The notes: generated by a model from the sequence alone, not told the origin. A stretch of DNA of 63,968 bases, filler included, from Lenisia limosa (GCA_001655205.1; 11 parts of 11 records of this genome joined end to end with filler, not necessarily neighbours in it); one strand, 5' to 3'; counted from the first letter of the whole stretch, positions 12,996 through 26,671 are shown. Translations and numbers: made by a program.

Positions 12996-14829
12996 AAAAC
13001 CAAAAGAAAAATAGTGAACGGGAAAGTGAAAATCACTGAACCAGGCAGTAAGTACCTATCCTACCCCGGCATTTACTCGGGTACTAACAATAGTACTGGT
13101 ATCGATATGATGGTACCATCTCTAAAAAAGGTTTTGGTACAGTACTTGGGTCTTTTTTAGAAGTAAGTACCGGTATACTGGTACCTCTACTAATAATGAA
13201 ACTTTAAGAGCCAACTCTCATTCTCCTCAACTTTCGTCGTATGATACTATTTGGTTAACGCTAACACGTCTAGTTAAATTTAATTGAGAATGCTAATAAA
13301 TCAAAAAGAAGTCGCATTATCTTCACTTTATTTGAAGGTATTCCCATAAATCATATGCAGTACGCCAACTAGCCAACGAGGAAGTCCGAATGAGAAGGTT
13401 GAGGTTTCATTCCAGGCACGGCATGCAGAGCGCCATTTCCTGAACACGGGTTTTGAATCAAGGATTGCGATTCCAAGGCGATATGAACATATGCCGGCCT
13501 GAACCGAAACAATCCTTGTTCATCACCAACAAATGGGACGGGTTCTTGGCAGTTCAAGCAGATACAATCAACGACTAGAAAAATGATATATTCACACATA
13601 AACTAGCAAAACAGTAGTAGTCTGAACTTGAATTGTCGGGTGAAAAGGCGCGCAAAAAGAAGTTTCCGGTGAATGCGTTTTATATGGGCCCTATTTGCAT
13701 TTGTAATGGTAAGATGTACATGAAAACGGGCAGTCTGGAGAGAGAAGAATTGAGGAGGACAAGATTCCTGAAAGAGTCCCATAAATATGAAGGTCTGACG
13801 CCGCTTACAAGAGTTTTTAAAGCAAACTAAAGTGTTTTTATCCCGGAATAGAACGGAACTCTTGAGGAGGTGAACCAAAGTGCGTTGATCTCGATTGGAT
13901 CTCGAGACTGTGATGGTAAATTGCCTACCGCTTACCGAATTTACAATAATAAATACACTGACTAACTAAAACCGATGATAGAGACTTTGAAACCGTAAAC
14001 GATAAAATTCTGTCACGAGTCCATAATTGTATAGTATTTTACCTTTAGGGCACCACCCCGTGGCGAGCTGACCCGATCATCTCTCTTTGATTTGCGGCTT
14101 GATTTGTGCTGGAGAAGCTGGGAGTTCGATTCACCGTTCTTCTATTTTTTTTTTCTCCTCCCCTCCTAAGGGGTTGTTGCATTATATTGACGATTGAAGA
14201 GATATTTCTCAACCCTCTGTATCCTTATTTCCCAAACTAATTCCTGATTCTAACTGTTTACTTGACACAAAATTGGGCGAATCTGGTGTCAAAGCTGATA
14301 TGACGGAAAAATTGGAAGATGCTTCCTTCAGCTGCAATTAAAGACCTAATCGACTCCATGCCACGTCGTTGCCAAAAATTCCATAGTCCACCACTTTTGT
14401 CTGGTGAAGTGCAATATTCCAGGAGCGGAGGCCCCCTGATATACATTTTATTTATTTTGACCAGAGGTTAAATAACCTGTTTATTATATAATCTATTATC
14501 ACATTTGAAAGTCGTGGACGTAAAATGTAAAACTTTTTTGTGCAAAATGCCGTCACTCAAAATGAATAATATTGCGAAAAGTTATAAAAAACTACTTAGT
14601 GCCATTACTTATCTCACGGTATATGTATATCATATATATTAGTACAATATAATATCTGATATGATATCATATAACTATCATATAGAGTTCAATGTGGGGA
14701 TTGGATTTGATCGATTTTTTTTTTGATCTGTTTTGATCTGGAGTTGATCTGGAGTTGATCTGCATGATCATCATAATCTCCAATATCTGCGGCCCCTTTT
14801 TGCATTCGAGTTAACATCAGCACGTCAAA

Positions 14830-17800
14830 ATGTTGGTAAGGTTGAAGACGTTGACAGGGGATCAGTACCTTTTGGAGGTTGACCCGCTGTCAGAAGTTGA
14901 AGTTCTTCTTAAGAAGGCTCAATCTGAGGTTTGTTGTATTTTTGTCAATCCCTTGACATGATGTAGCATGGGATGGCAGTTCCTTTTGGGAGACTGGTTT
15001 ATAGTGAGTTGGACCTTTTGATTGCTGTTCCATTGTTGACACTTTTCATGGATTACAGAAACAAAAGAGTTACAGATGAAGAAGAGTTTTCTTTCCCTTG
15101 GTGTTGAGCAATACTGTATTGGGGTGTGATATGTGATATTGATTGGGGTTTTTTAAAACCGACAACTGGTCAGCATTACCCTTTCAGCCGAAGTAGTCTT
15201 CATACCAAACCTACCTTCATGCTCGTTGACCTATCCAAGAGTGTAAGGAAACGGATTTCCTCCCTCCATTTTGACTGGTGTAGACACAGCATTCCACCCT
15301 TCAATGCTCAGCTTGCGGAGGCAGCTCGACATCCTCATCCCAAAATGGCCTGGTTAGAGAGAGTTTTTTTTCTTCTGATTGTAGAATAATGGCACCCTTA
15401 AAGCAGGGTTCCAAACTGGAATAAGACTCGGCAGCAACCAGATTTTTGTTCTTTGTTTCACAAAATTAACACAAGAGTAGAGTAATATAAATATAATTTT
15501 GATGTGTGATATTGAATTATGCAAGGAAAGACAAATGTAATCTACTCTTTTGTTAATTTCGTCACGTAAAAGACAAAAAGTCGACAGAGGCTCGGTTGCT
15601 GCCGAACCTTTTTCCGGTTTGGCACCCTGCTTTAATATCATATTTAGGGCAGTATCAACATATGTGGTGAGTGATAGATACCCCTTTACCCTTTTATCGT
15701 GCTTTCGAATCTCTTTTCATTTATTGACCACTTAGTAACATGGGACCAGTGTCCCGCGAAGAAGAGATTGCCTACTCCCATGCAGAGGTGTCCAAGCACA
15801 TACAAGACTTGATAAATTCTCTGGTCAATCTTGTGGAAGGCCAAAATGAGGTAGTGATGATTATTAATTGGTGTTAGTGATTTAGGTTTTTGAAATACCA
15901 GTAAGTGAAGATGGTGTTGAGAGTCTGATGCAAATGGGGTTTGCAAAAGAGGCTGCAGTCAAGGCTCTTCAACTCAATAAGTGGGTTGTCAAGACTGCGG
16001 ATGTTAACTGAGCACCATCAAAAATTTACAGTGTAGGAACAATGCTATCGAGGCTTCAAGATGGCTTTCGGACCGTATTGAAGAATCAGACCTGAACCAG
16101 CCTCTGAAAAAACACGAGGTATTTCCATGTCTTTTCTTTTGTCGTATTCTTCGTCTTATTTTGCAGTTGAGAGCTTTGGCACACGTGGAACAGGGCTTCG
16201 TTCCTAATAAACAAGTTTGTGATGTCCCGAGTGAATATGGGGAGGGGGTAGGAAGGGTTTGATTGCAGAGGGACGAACGAGGTCTTTAGCCTAGTTCATC
16301 CCCAATTCCCGATGGAGTCCTGAGGGAATATGGGATCATTGTGCCTGCAGGGATTTTGGTTGAGTCTTTTTTCCCAGTTTTTTTTTTATCATTTTCTGGC
16401 CTAGCTGAAAAATGACTTCTGCTTAACACAATTTGTGTTCACTTTAAAAGGGAGAAGGTGGCAGGAGGGGGCCTCAAACATGAGGCAGTGGCTGGCTTTT
16501 TTTGACATCTTTACAGATTGCTAACTTTTTTCTATGTGTCCTTTTGTGCTGAAATAATTCATTTATATTTTTGAAATATGGAGCATGGCTTGATCCTTAG
16601 AGGAATACTTTTCGATTTTCCAAATTTAATAATAAATTTTACTTGGGGATGTACTTATTCAAAAAAAAACCCAGGGAAAAATGATGAAAGGGCACTTGAT
16701 TGCAACTTTGCTACATTACACATAATATGCTTCTTTTGCTCTTCATTTCAGATGCTTGCATCCTCGATATTTTTTCTCTGATTACATTTGGAAAAGGTAA
16801 TCTCATAGGCATTGGACCGTTTACTTGATATGGGATTTTTGAGAGACGAATCTATCCAAGCTCTCAAATTGACAAACAATGACCCCTTGAGGGCGTCTCT
16901 GTATCTCACTGGAGATACTTCTGTTATCGAAAATCTTCCAGTAAGCTTTGCGCATCATTGTATAATATTTGCTTGATGCTTTCTCATATTTGTAGCCTCC
17001 CCAGCCAGTGCAACTGGAATTGAAGTATAATGAACCTGTTGTTCAGGAACTTCTCGCTGACAACTTCCTCATGAAAAGTTTTGCTCTTCATGAGAACTTG
17101 GATAGTGTGGTGGGGTCCCCATTCATTATTGTCCAATATTGAAAACATTATTTTAGAAAGGTAGAAACAGTATTATTTGAAGAACTCTCCTCTAGTGATA
17201 AAACCCAAAAATGTTATCCAAGGTCTACTATTTACTATAGGTTAGAATCAACATCAACCCCACCTCAAGATAAAAAGTGTAACTGCTACGAAAGTCATAA
17301 TTATAGCAACCACCACGCAGGTTTTGTTCAAAAAGGTTCCTTCACCACCCACACTTCACACTTGTATATGAGTGTGAGTGAGTATTTTTGTAAATTGCCG
17401 CTCGGACCTCCTGTCCGTTGCACTAAACGGGTTTAGGAGAGCCAACAAAGCTGTTTATACAGAGCTTATATCCTTATTATTTATGAATCTAATCCTTTTA
17501 GGTATGTTGGGGAGGCACGCAGAAAGCTGTGAGCACGGAGTTGTGTAAGGCCAATGATTGGGTGAATAATATGTATTGTATCCAATATGGTGTGGACAGC
17601 TTCGGTTAGAGACTCTCGTTATAATTTTTCAGTTTTCCAAAAGCTGATTGACAACCCTGAGTTTCTGCCAGACTACATTGAAGGTATAATATCTTAACTT
17701 TTCTTAAATTGTAGATCCAAATATTTCAACAACGTTGTCTCGCATTCATACCATCATCAACCGACATATTGTGGCTCGTGTCTCTGGTAAACCAATTCAA

Positions 17801-17839
17801 CTGAAGGGTGGTTCGCAGCTTCGTCTTCGCGCGGCCTGA
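14830..17839 (+). CDS. UBAC1: UBL-UBA-UBA protein, UBAC1/KPC2-like
   Basis: N-terminal ubiquitin-like MLVRLKTLTGDQYLLEVDP; UBA1 SLMQMGFAKEAAVKALQLN..NAIEASRWL; UBA2 ALDRLLDMGFLRDESIQALKLTNND; C-terminus LIDNP..DPNISTTLSRIHTII matches the UBAC1 architecture. Confidence 0.75.
17503..17610 (+). repeat. Family B structured intronic repeat (in UBAC1 intron)
   Basis: ggggaggcacgcagaaagctgtgagc...gtgtggacagcttcggttaga. Confidence 0.75.
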
Positions 17840-17889
17840 AGATCACTATGTTAAACAAGATACACTGAGCAACATGTATCAAAGAGGAA

Positions 17890-20026
17890 CTAAGCCTTAG
17901 AGAACTTGGGCTTCTTGTTAACGAAGGGGATGAATTCAATACCACCTATACAATCACAAGAGGAGAGGAGGGGGGGAGGGGTGAATAATAACAAGATGGA
18001 TTATTGGCTAGAAGTAACCTGTGGCAATAAAATATTAAACAAACCCATGAAAGGCTGAAGAGCAGTGGGGATTCTGAGTCCCTCAGAGGTCTGGTAGTTC
18101 TCAACAATGCAACACATGGTTCGCTCAGTTGCACACATTGTAGCGTTGAGCATATGAACATACTTTTTGTTGGCACCCTGGAATAGGTGTCAGTTTTCTG
18201 AGAGAAGATAAGAAAGAGAACCTTCTCCTTGCCACCTGAACGGAAACGTACTTCCATGTTGCGAGACTGGAAATCAGTGCAATTGGAGCATCTGGGATTG
18301 GTCAGCAAAGATGTTTATGAGATGTTACAACGCTTACGAGACGAGCTCTCTGTAAGTGCCGTATCCCGGGAACCAGGCCTCAAGATCATACTTCTTGGCC
18401 GCAGCGTTGTTCAATTCACCTGCGCAATAAATGATGATATAAAAAAAAAAAAAAAGCTTAGANNNNNNNNNNNNNNNNNNNNNNNNNNNNNNNNNNNNNN
18501 NNNNNNNNNNNNNNNNNNNNNNNNNNNNNNNNNNNNNNNNNNNNNNNNNNNNNNNNNGAGTGAAAAACATATCTTTGGATAGCAGGCAGAAATATATTTT
18601 TGTGACGAACCTTCTTGTAATACTCTTCAGCGGTAGTGATCATTTCGTCAAGCATCTCCCAAGACTTCTCATAATGAGTAATGCAGAACTGTTCAATCTT
18701 TTCAAACTGATGAATGCGGAAAATACCCCTACTGTGTCAGAACTCTTTAATATGACAAACAAAGCAAGATTCGAACATACCAGGTGTCACGACCATGAGA
18801 GCCGGCTTCCTTGCGGAAGCATGTTGAAAGACCAGCATAGCGGATAGGCAGTGACTGTGAAGATAAACAAAATGATCATGGGGATGATAATAACTACCTT
18901 CTCATCAATCCAGTCGCCACGATGATACGCTGAAATTGGTTGCTCGGAAGTAGCAATCATGTACTTGTCATCATCTTCAACAGAACCTGAAATCTAAAGA
19001 GTCAATTCTACAATACGCTACAACAACAGCATACGCAATACTATTTTTGAACAAATTTTGAAACTTATAACAAACCTTGTAAAGAGCCTCATCAAACTCA
19101 GAAAGCTGGGCAGTCTCACCCATGATGTCCTAAGGGATTAGTAATTCTTGAATATGGGCGAAGTACAATAGGTTGCACAAAGTTTACCTTTTTCATAAAG
19201 AACGGGGGCTGCAGCGGGGTATACTTCTTAGCCATTAGAGAGGCGAGACCGAACTGTATCAGTGCTTGATTGAGCATGACTCCGTAGCCCTGGATGTTAA
19301 TACGGGCCTTGCCAAACCTTCAAAAAGAATCCTCGATGGCCAGCAACCTTGACTCCACGGTCAAAGTCAACTATGTCCAGCATGACCATGAGTTCGTGAT
19401 GATGAAGGCCTGTGTTGGGGGCAAGAGAAACATCACCCCAGGTGCTAACAACCTCATTGTCATCCTACTGCATCAGAGAAGCACTTTGAAAAAAAAAAAA
19501 AATTGAATATTACAAACCTCATTCATAGAAACAGGGACAGACTCATGGCAAAGGTTTCCAAACTGTTTAAGTGTCTTTTCAAGCTCCTCCTTCCTGTAAG
19601 TTAGAAACGAAGTTCTCCAAGAGGAATTCCCAACTTTTCAATTTCAAGAGCTTTGCAAGAAGCAACCTTAACTTGTTTTTCCTTTACAACAGCGATTTCT
19701 TTAGTGGCGTCCTCCTTAGCCTTCAAGAATTACAATGAAAGACAATTTACCTTTTTCTTCACAGCGACAGCCTTGTTGGCAACAGAAACCTGTTTATTGG
19801 CATCATCAAGGTTGAAAATAGCTATATTGTGAACTAGAAACAAGGTCATCATACCCTTTCTCCATTCTATGTCCAATTCGACGCACTTGTCAACAAGAGC
19901 TGGTTCATCACCACGCTTGCTAGATAATAAGCGATCTAATTATCTCAAAAATACTTACGTTTGTGAAACACGAACTAACTCAGGATTGCCACCCTTATCC
20001 TCTCTAAACAGGTTGATATCTAACAT
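17890..20026 (-). CDS. SARS: Cytosolic seryl-tRNA synthetase
   Basis: Starts [19 protein letters not shown]; motifs [23 protein letters not shown] and [27 protein letters not shown]; ends [17 protein letters not shown]. Confidence 0.97.
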
Positions 20027-20278
20027 TTGAAGGGGTGGTTGAAATTCTACTGGCTTGACACTGGCTGGACACTCCACTGGCCAAGAAATAGATGGGATCC
20101 AGGGATCTGGTTAGGGTTCTGGCGGCGTTCGCCAAAAATCAACCCCCCTTTCTCCTTTTGGCGAAAAAAGAATTAAGTATTATTAAAAAGGAAGAAAACA
20201 GAAGAAAGGAGGAAAACCGCTGGAAAAACGAGAAGAAATAGATATCAGCTGACTTTTTATTAGTTCTTTGTTTTTAAC

Positions 20279-21110
20279 ATGGTAGAGACGGAGGTAGTAT
20301 TCACAGATGCTATATCAAAGGATATCATTCCTCATTTTATCGAATCCCACACTCCAGCCTATCTCCTAAGGACCCTGAGACATGAAGTCACACACAACTA
20401 TGTTGTCAATTTTTATTCGAAAGCCTCCGTTGACCTTCTTTCAGGCGATAACGGTGACCACAATGATGTTGGAAAGTAAGGAACCTTGATTTCTTTGATA
20501 ATTATAGCGCAGTAGCGGAGATCTAGAATATGATTGTTTCATGACATTTCATACTTTAGGCTTCTGTTTATCTTGTTGAGCTTTTGAAGGCCATACACGG
20601 GTGCGAGTTTGAGAGACATGACCCTCGAAGACATATTGGGCTCCGATCTCAACCTTCATCGAGCCCGCATCGCCGACACGGATTGGGAATGCCATCAGGC
20701 CAGGCAACTTGCTGCACAGGGTGCCAATGACCTGGTTGATACGTTGTGCCCCTTAAGAATTATATGTAGTTCCTTTCACGCAGAAAGCTGTGTGCACAGA
20801 GTTGTAAGCCAAATTATTGGGTGAAATCGTATTATTATACTATATTTCTTCTACGTGTAATGGGGTGGGCGGATTCGGCCAGATAAAACCTTGTTCTTTT
20901 TGTTCATTGCTTTACAAATCATATAAGATGTACATGCCATAATCTGCCCCAAAGTAGTGCCTCCTAATATAAACGTCTTATTTTATTGTAGAATCCTATA
21001 TCGATACCTTATTTCCTTGACATCAACCTTCTTTTTCTTGATTTCTTTCCTTCGGGTAAGGTCAAAACAAAGCTGTCTTCCTATTATGTGTTAAAGTGAC
21101 TCTGATTAAG
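20279..21110 (+). CDS. Hypothetical protein, multi-exon, divergent from SerRS
   Basis: ATG ORF MVETEVVFTDAISKDIIPHF with a gtaag donor, followed by exons ASVYLVELLKAIH and DILGSDLNLHRARIADTDWE. Confidence 0.4.
20776..20910 (+). repeat. Family B structured repeat
   Basis: cacgcagaaagctgtgtgcacagagttgtaagcc...ggcggattcggccagata. Confidence 0.75.
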
Positions 21111-21807
21111 AAGAGCGCGTGAAAAAGAGAGACGGTTGACATAAAATTATATAATGATATTATATTGTCATTATATATAATTATGCTATTTTTTATTCAT
21201 CATTTAGCAAGTCCCTGGCCTTTTTTATTGTCTCTAGCATATACTCTCAGCCGTCATCTTCTTGAATAAAGGTTGTGTTTTTATTTAGTGGTCTTTTTTT
21301 CAAAAAGGAATTATCTTTTTTCTTTAGTGATCACCGTCTCTCTGTTCTCTTCATTTAAGAGAACTCAATCGCTTAACACGTTTCCAAACAACACACTTAC
21401 AACTTGCACCATAAGCAAGCTGAAAGGTGCACTAGAATAATCGCTCTTCTCTCAGTTTTACAGGGTGACATTGGCCCGATATGGCCTCCTGCTTACTGCT
21501 GGTGAAACAACTTTGAGAAGAGTTCAGAAGACGGAAGAGTACTTGGGAGACGACTCCTCAAAGAAAAACACCACTTCTTAAAAAAACCACTAAACGTAAC
21601 TGCTTCAAGATTCACAATCGAAGACCTGTTTTGAAACGAAATACTTTGCCCCGCTGCAACTTTTGCCGACTCTGCAAAACGTTCATTAATATGGTTTGAA
21701 ACGTCAGGGCCCCGTAGTCTTTTTCCCACCTCTGTTTCACTATCAGCTTTTTTAATACGAGGAAGCAGGTTTCCCAAAGAGCCGCGAATTAGAAAGGTGT
21801 ATTGGAT

Positions 21808-22470
21808 CTAAAGAAGACGACGGTGGGCAGCAGCCTGACGGACGTTAAGGCGGAGCTTACGGGCGTTCTGAGGCTTGGCAACAACGTTGGCTCCCTCAGT
21901 AAGCATCACCTCGACATGGCAAGGAGAGCTCTGGAAGGCTACACTTATTAGAATTCTGATTTATAGACCTATCATCTCACCATTGATGCGACCATGGGCA
22001 CGGTAGGTACGACGGCGCATCTTAGGGGCAGCGTTGACTTGGATGTGGGAAACAATAAGGTTGTCCTTGTCAAGGTCCTTGGCCTGGAGATTGTCAGGTG
22101 ATTCTACAATCATAAACAAACCTCAGCATTGGAAACAGCGTTCTTAAGAAGGTCAATAATGAGCATTGCAGACTTGATAGGCCAGCGTCCCTGAGTGCAA
22201 AGGTGGTGGTTCTTGACCTGAGCCTTACGGGAAACACCCCCGTTGAACTTACGGAAAGGAACAATCTGCTTCTTCTCACAAACATCCTCAAGGTAAGCAA
22301 TAGCCTTCATGGCAGTCTTGCCTTGAACAGCACGGGCAGTTTCGTGGGTGTTCTATTTCAATAATAAAAAATTTCAACCTCTGACCAACTTTGAAGTGAG
22401 TACGGAGATGAGCACCACTGGCAAAAGCAGCCTTGGCGGGGTTCTCAGCCTTCTTAGAGTAGTTGGTCAT
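21808..22470 (-). CDS. RPL17: 60S ribosomal protein L17 (uL22)
   Basis: [27 protein letters not shown]..; [24 protein letters not shown]; [15 protein letters not shown]; three introns. Confidence 0.97.
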
Positions 22471-22914
22471 TTTCCACTACACGATAAGTCGGGTAACACT
22501 CCATATAATACAAACCCTGCGGCAATAAAAGGATATAAACTTCAAAAAAGATGATTCAAAAATATATAGGTGATACCAGTTCAGTTCAAATTACATAATT
22601 TCGTAAATACATATTGTACACAAAAACGTGGCTTTTCCCTGTGCCTGCCACACTTGCCACACATGGTCAGGTCTCTAAATGCTTTGTTGTGTAATCGCAT
22701 GCAGATGATGCAGCAACCAGTGTTGATGTGGTCGGTTACTATTTTGAATATCAAGTGACTAGTTTTGGAACTTGAAAGGAAACTTCGTGCGCTGCATCTT
22801 CTGGAACCATGAACGTTGGATTCCTCCAAATATCTGCGCTGCGCTCTGTGACAGTTTTCATCTTCTGTCTCATACACCTAGACGTATTCTGCCGCCGGGC
22901 GCGTTTCGCGTTTC

Positions 22915-23100
22915 AAATTTATTGAACTCCGCGGCACGGTGAAATGGACGTACCGATCTGTTCATAAAAGGGTAAAAGGAGAGGCTCATCACTTACGTCG
23001 ATGACCTCCTGGTATGGGCGAGGACTTTGACGCATTCCTTGACATGTGACGCTGTCAACATTCTGTGGGTGATCATTGAAAAGCGGAGGCTGGTAGATGG
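22915..23100 (+). pseudogene. Decayed reverse transcriptase fragment (LTR-retrotransposon-like)
   Basis: One frame reads NLLNSAAR*NGRTDLFIKG*KERLITYVDDLLVWART: a YxDD motif preceded by an LxNS(P)A-like motif, with two stops. Confidence 0.5.
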
Positions 23101-23722
23101 AGAACGCATTTTCAGGTTTGTGGTTGCATAGTTAAGGTTCTATCTTGTCAATATCCTGTCACAACTAAGAGGAGGTATAACCTTAAAAATATTGTATTGC
23201 AATACAGAACGTGTTCGAGAATTGGCTAACAGTATATANNNNNNNNNNNNNNNNNNNNNNNNNNNNNNNNNNNNNNNNNNNNTTAATTAATTAANNNNNN
23301 NNNNNNNNNNNNNNNNNNNNNNNNNNNNNNNNNNNNNNTTTGGTTAGAAAATAGACTGAATTTCTCGATAAATCCTCGAAAACTATCGATATTTTACCGT
23401 ATTTTTCGAACCGAAGTGGCCCTAGGTATTATTATCGATATTTATCGAGGATGGATTGCGAACTCAAAGTGAATCCCTAGTTTTTCATCTACTATTATCC
23501 CTTTTAATGTATTATATCCAATAATTTTAATAGTATTATGAAATATACAAAATATAATACTACTAATATAATAATTGTGTCTAATACCCATATCCGCAAA
23601 CACACCTCTTCNNNNNNNNNNNNNNNNNNNNNNNNNNNNNNNNNNNNNNNNNNNNNNNNNNNNNNNNNNNNNNNNNNNNNNNNNNNNNNNNNNNNNNNNN
23701 NNNNNNNNNNNNNNNNNNNNNN

Positions 23723-24050
23723 ACTCCCCAGACTTCAGTTTCAGTTCCACATCATTCTCACACAAGCTTGACAAAGCCGGGTCGGCCCGGAGGGAACTGG
23801 GCCGACATTTGGGGCCGCAAATGCCGTGTTATACCCTGGAAGCTTCGTTTTTCTGCGCCTCCACACCGGGTGGGTTGATGGAGGGATGTATTTTTCATAC
23901 ATTAATATTCTTACACGTCCTTCACACTTTTCCTGTTTAAGATCCCAGCGTTTTTACCTTCTTTTCCCTCAGGAGGCTCGGCGAGACCCATACCCTTCAC
24001 TCCTGCGTCCTACAACTCCCTTGGAAAAGCCCTTGGTCTGGCCATCTTGG
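23723..24050 (+). CDS. AGBL4: Cytosolic carboxypeptidase (CCP6/AGBL4-like), C-terminal exons
   Basis: DFSFSSTSFSHKLDKAGSARRELGRHLGPQMPCYTLEASFF and IPFTPASYNSLGKALGLAIL resemble the M14D CCP C-terminal region (DFSYSSTSF..KAGTGRR..CYTLEVSF). Confidence 0.75.
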
Positions 24051-25629
24051 TGGGGGTACACTGTTTTCTGAGGGTTGGAGGGTAGAGTAGAACTGTCAAG
24101 CTCAGATTACACCGAAATCATTCACATTGGAATTTTGCGGAGACTTATAATTTTTACTGGTCTTTTGGGGAGCATTAACCGACCACCCCAATAGCCAAAT
24201 GGCTTCATATTCATATTACCTGAACGTATCGATTTAATCCAAAAATAACCCATTTTTACGCTGATATTTATAGTTTTGTTTATATTTTTTTTGCTTCTTT
24301 TTTTTTACTTTTTCGTTTGGCTTCATCCCCATGAATTTTTTTCCCAAGATTTTTTTCAACTTCTGGAAAAAAAACGAAAATCAAAAGAAAACCAAAAACA
24401 ATCAATCCCCCCACCCCCTTGATTGCTTTTGTTTCATTTCAAAAAAAACAGTTTCAAAAACAAGTTTCATTATGATCCAGGACTACCTCAAAGCAGTGGC
24501 CAAGAAGTCAGTTTCATGAATTCATGACGTCATAAATACCTCTTTAGTTTTGATGGTGAGGGGTTTAGATGTTTGTAGGTGACTTGGAATTCTTATGGAA
24601 AAGTTGTGTCCCCCTTTTGTTGTTTTCAATCTCATATAAACGATGGTGGGCAGTTTTGGTATACTGTAATAAAAGCTAGATAATTTTGAATATACCCTCC
24701 CGTTTGTTGGTTACAACCCTTGTGTTTTTTCCTTGGGCCAACGGATATGGATTCGATTTCATATTGTCCAATTTTACTGTTTGTATTTTGTTGTTCTCAA
24801 TTATCATGTTGTGCCAACAGAGAACGTTGGGCTTTTTGTGTTTTACTAATTTTCCCATTTTACCCATTCTTATTAAATGTTCATGGTTTAGCTCCCGCGA
24901 AGGCGTTCTGAAGCCTTTGTCTCTTTCTATTTATTAATGTACCGTATATCCAAAGAAAAACACTTAAAACATACACAATACCTAGAAACACCAAAAGAGA
25001 AATACACGTTGTTCCCAACCCTCGTGTGTTGTCAGTCAACAGAGTTGATTTTGGTTTTATTTTTGTTTCCAATCCAAGTTTGCCCCCCCCCCCCATGAGG
25101 TGTAGTAAACGTACAGTATTACCCCCTTTGGCCTACTTTTTTCAGTTGTTTAAAACTGTGTTTCAGGAGTTATAAATGGAAAACATATTGTGTTGTCAAC
25201 TCGCTGACTTATATAACATATAGTGTGGTTGTAACCCCGTCTGACATAATTATCATTAGTTTAAATAGTGTTGGTGGACTAAATACAATGAGAAATAAAT
25301 AAACAAGGCCGTATCTGGCCGAAGCTTAGCCAATCAACTCTGTTGGCGGACAACATACAAGGGTTGATAACAACAAAACANNNNNNNNNNNNNNNNNNNN
25401 NNNNNNNNNNNNNNNNNNNNNNNNNNNNNNNNNNNNNNNNTCCCGTTATTTTGTGAACCGAAATGAAGCCCTACCTACTACCTTCATAAATTGCCCAGTA
25501 TTCTCCTAAGTTCCTGTTTAAATTCTTTCAATTCTATAATCCCCAGTTTTCCTATGCCCACTCCAGGAGTGGGGGGGTAAAAAAGCAAACATTCAAATTT
25601 GATTGAATGTGATCCCCATTTGTTACTCA

Positions 25630-25980
25630 GTGGACCTGAAAGAAACATAAATGCAAACAAACACAATTCTACACCACGGCAGCATATTGTGAAACGTCCA
25701 GGGCATTTTCCCTGCTGTCGTACTTGCGAATGATGGCTTCGAAATCGACCAGGGCCTGATTTACGGTTTCCTTGGGGGTTTCGGGGAGAGGAGTGGGGGG
25801 ACGGATGTCTGGGGAGGAGAGTAAAAAAATTGGAAAATGTATGAAAAAAAAAAGAGCCCAAAATCAACTCTGTTGTCTGAGACACAAGGGTTGTTATGCA
25901 ATCACACCCCATACTGTAGAAATGGGTGGGGTTGACAGCCTTGAGCTCAGAGCGGGGAATACCGCACATGTTGACTAGGA
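25630..25980 (-). CDS. Hypothetical protein exons (partial)
   Basis: Exons LVNMCGIPRSELKAVNPTHFY and ETPKETVNQALVDFEAIIRKYDSRENALDVSQYAAV, separated by a GT-AG intron at 25809-25914. Confidence 0.45.
25809..25914 (-). mobile_element. Family C copy constituting an entire 106-nt GT-AG intron
   Basis: gtatggggtgtg...acaacagagttgattttgggc...ttttccaatttttttactctcctccccag. Confidence 0.7.
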
Positions 25981-26671
25981 AGGCGGATTCTGGGAAGGTG
26001 AAAAGAGTAGGATCTTAGTTAGGAAATGTGTGAAGGCCGTGTTCTCACCCCTTTTTATAATGATAATAAATGTAACATACTCTCCTATAATAGAGACATC
26101 ACTATCAATAGTACTCTACAGCCATTCTTCAAATCCCTATCATTATCAATATAACTCCACCTACCCTGGGACCAGCCGTCATTGCGGCAGTTTCGACCCA
26201 AAAGACCGCGGATTGCTTCAGCCCTGGACGGTGAGTTTTACTAGGACTATACGGTCCTAAAAAAGACCGAATTTCCCCGATAAATCCTCTATAAATATCG
26301 ATATTTTGACGGTCTTTTTCGACCGTACGGAAGCACTAATTATGAGGGGATGGCCCTCTCTCACACAATTCCAACTACATAATAGACTGTATTATACCCC
26401 CATATTACACCCCCCCACCGCAAAGCTCCGGGCTCCGCATGGCTCATAACCCAGGCAGCCCAGGCCGGGAGCCCTGCCAGTTCAAGCTGTTCGGCGAAGG
26501 AGTAGTGCAGGAGCTCAATTTGGGAGNNNNNNNNNNNNNNNNNNNNNNNNNNNNNNNNNNNNNNNNNNNNTTAATTAATTAANNNNNNNNNNNNNNNNNN
26601 NNNNNNNNNNNNNNNNNNNNNNNNNNCCCCCCCCCCCCCCGAGTAATGCGAATAATGCGAGTAATGCGAGT

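Noticed and set aside
13350-13590. In-frame TGA suggesting selenocysteine or a variant genetic code
   Set aside because: No recognisable protein or SECIS element. Confident genes end in TAG (SerRS, RPL17), TGA (UBAC1, akirin) and TAA (XRN1), consistent with the standard code.
14050-14140. tRNA/SINE-like B box (gagttcgattc)
   Set aside because: No cloverleaf, a poor A box, and a single copy.
14258-14446. piggyBac-like FFRHISFD motif
   Set aside because: The similarity is too short, and there are no DDD residues or TTAA-flanked TIRs.
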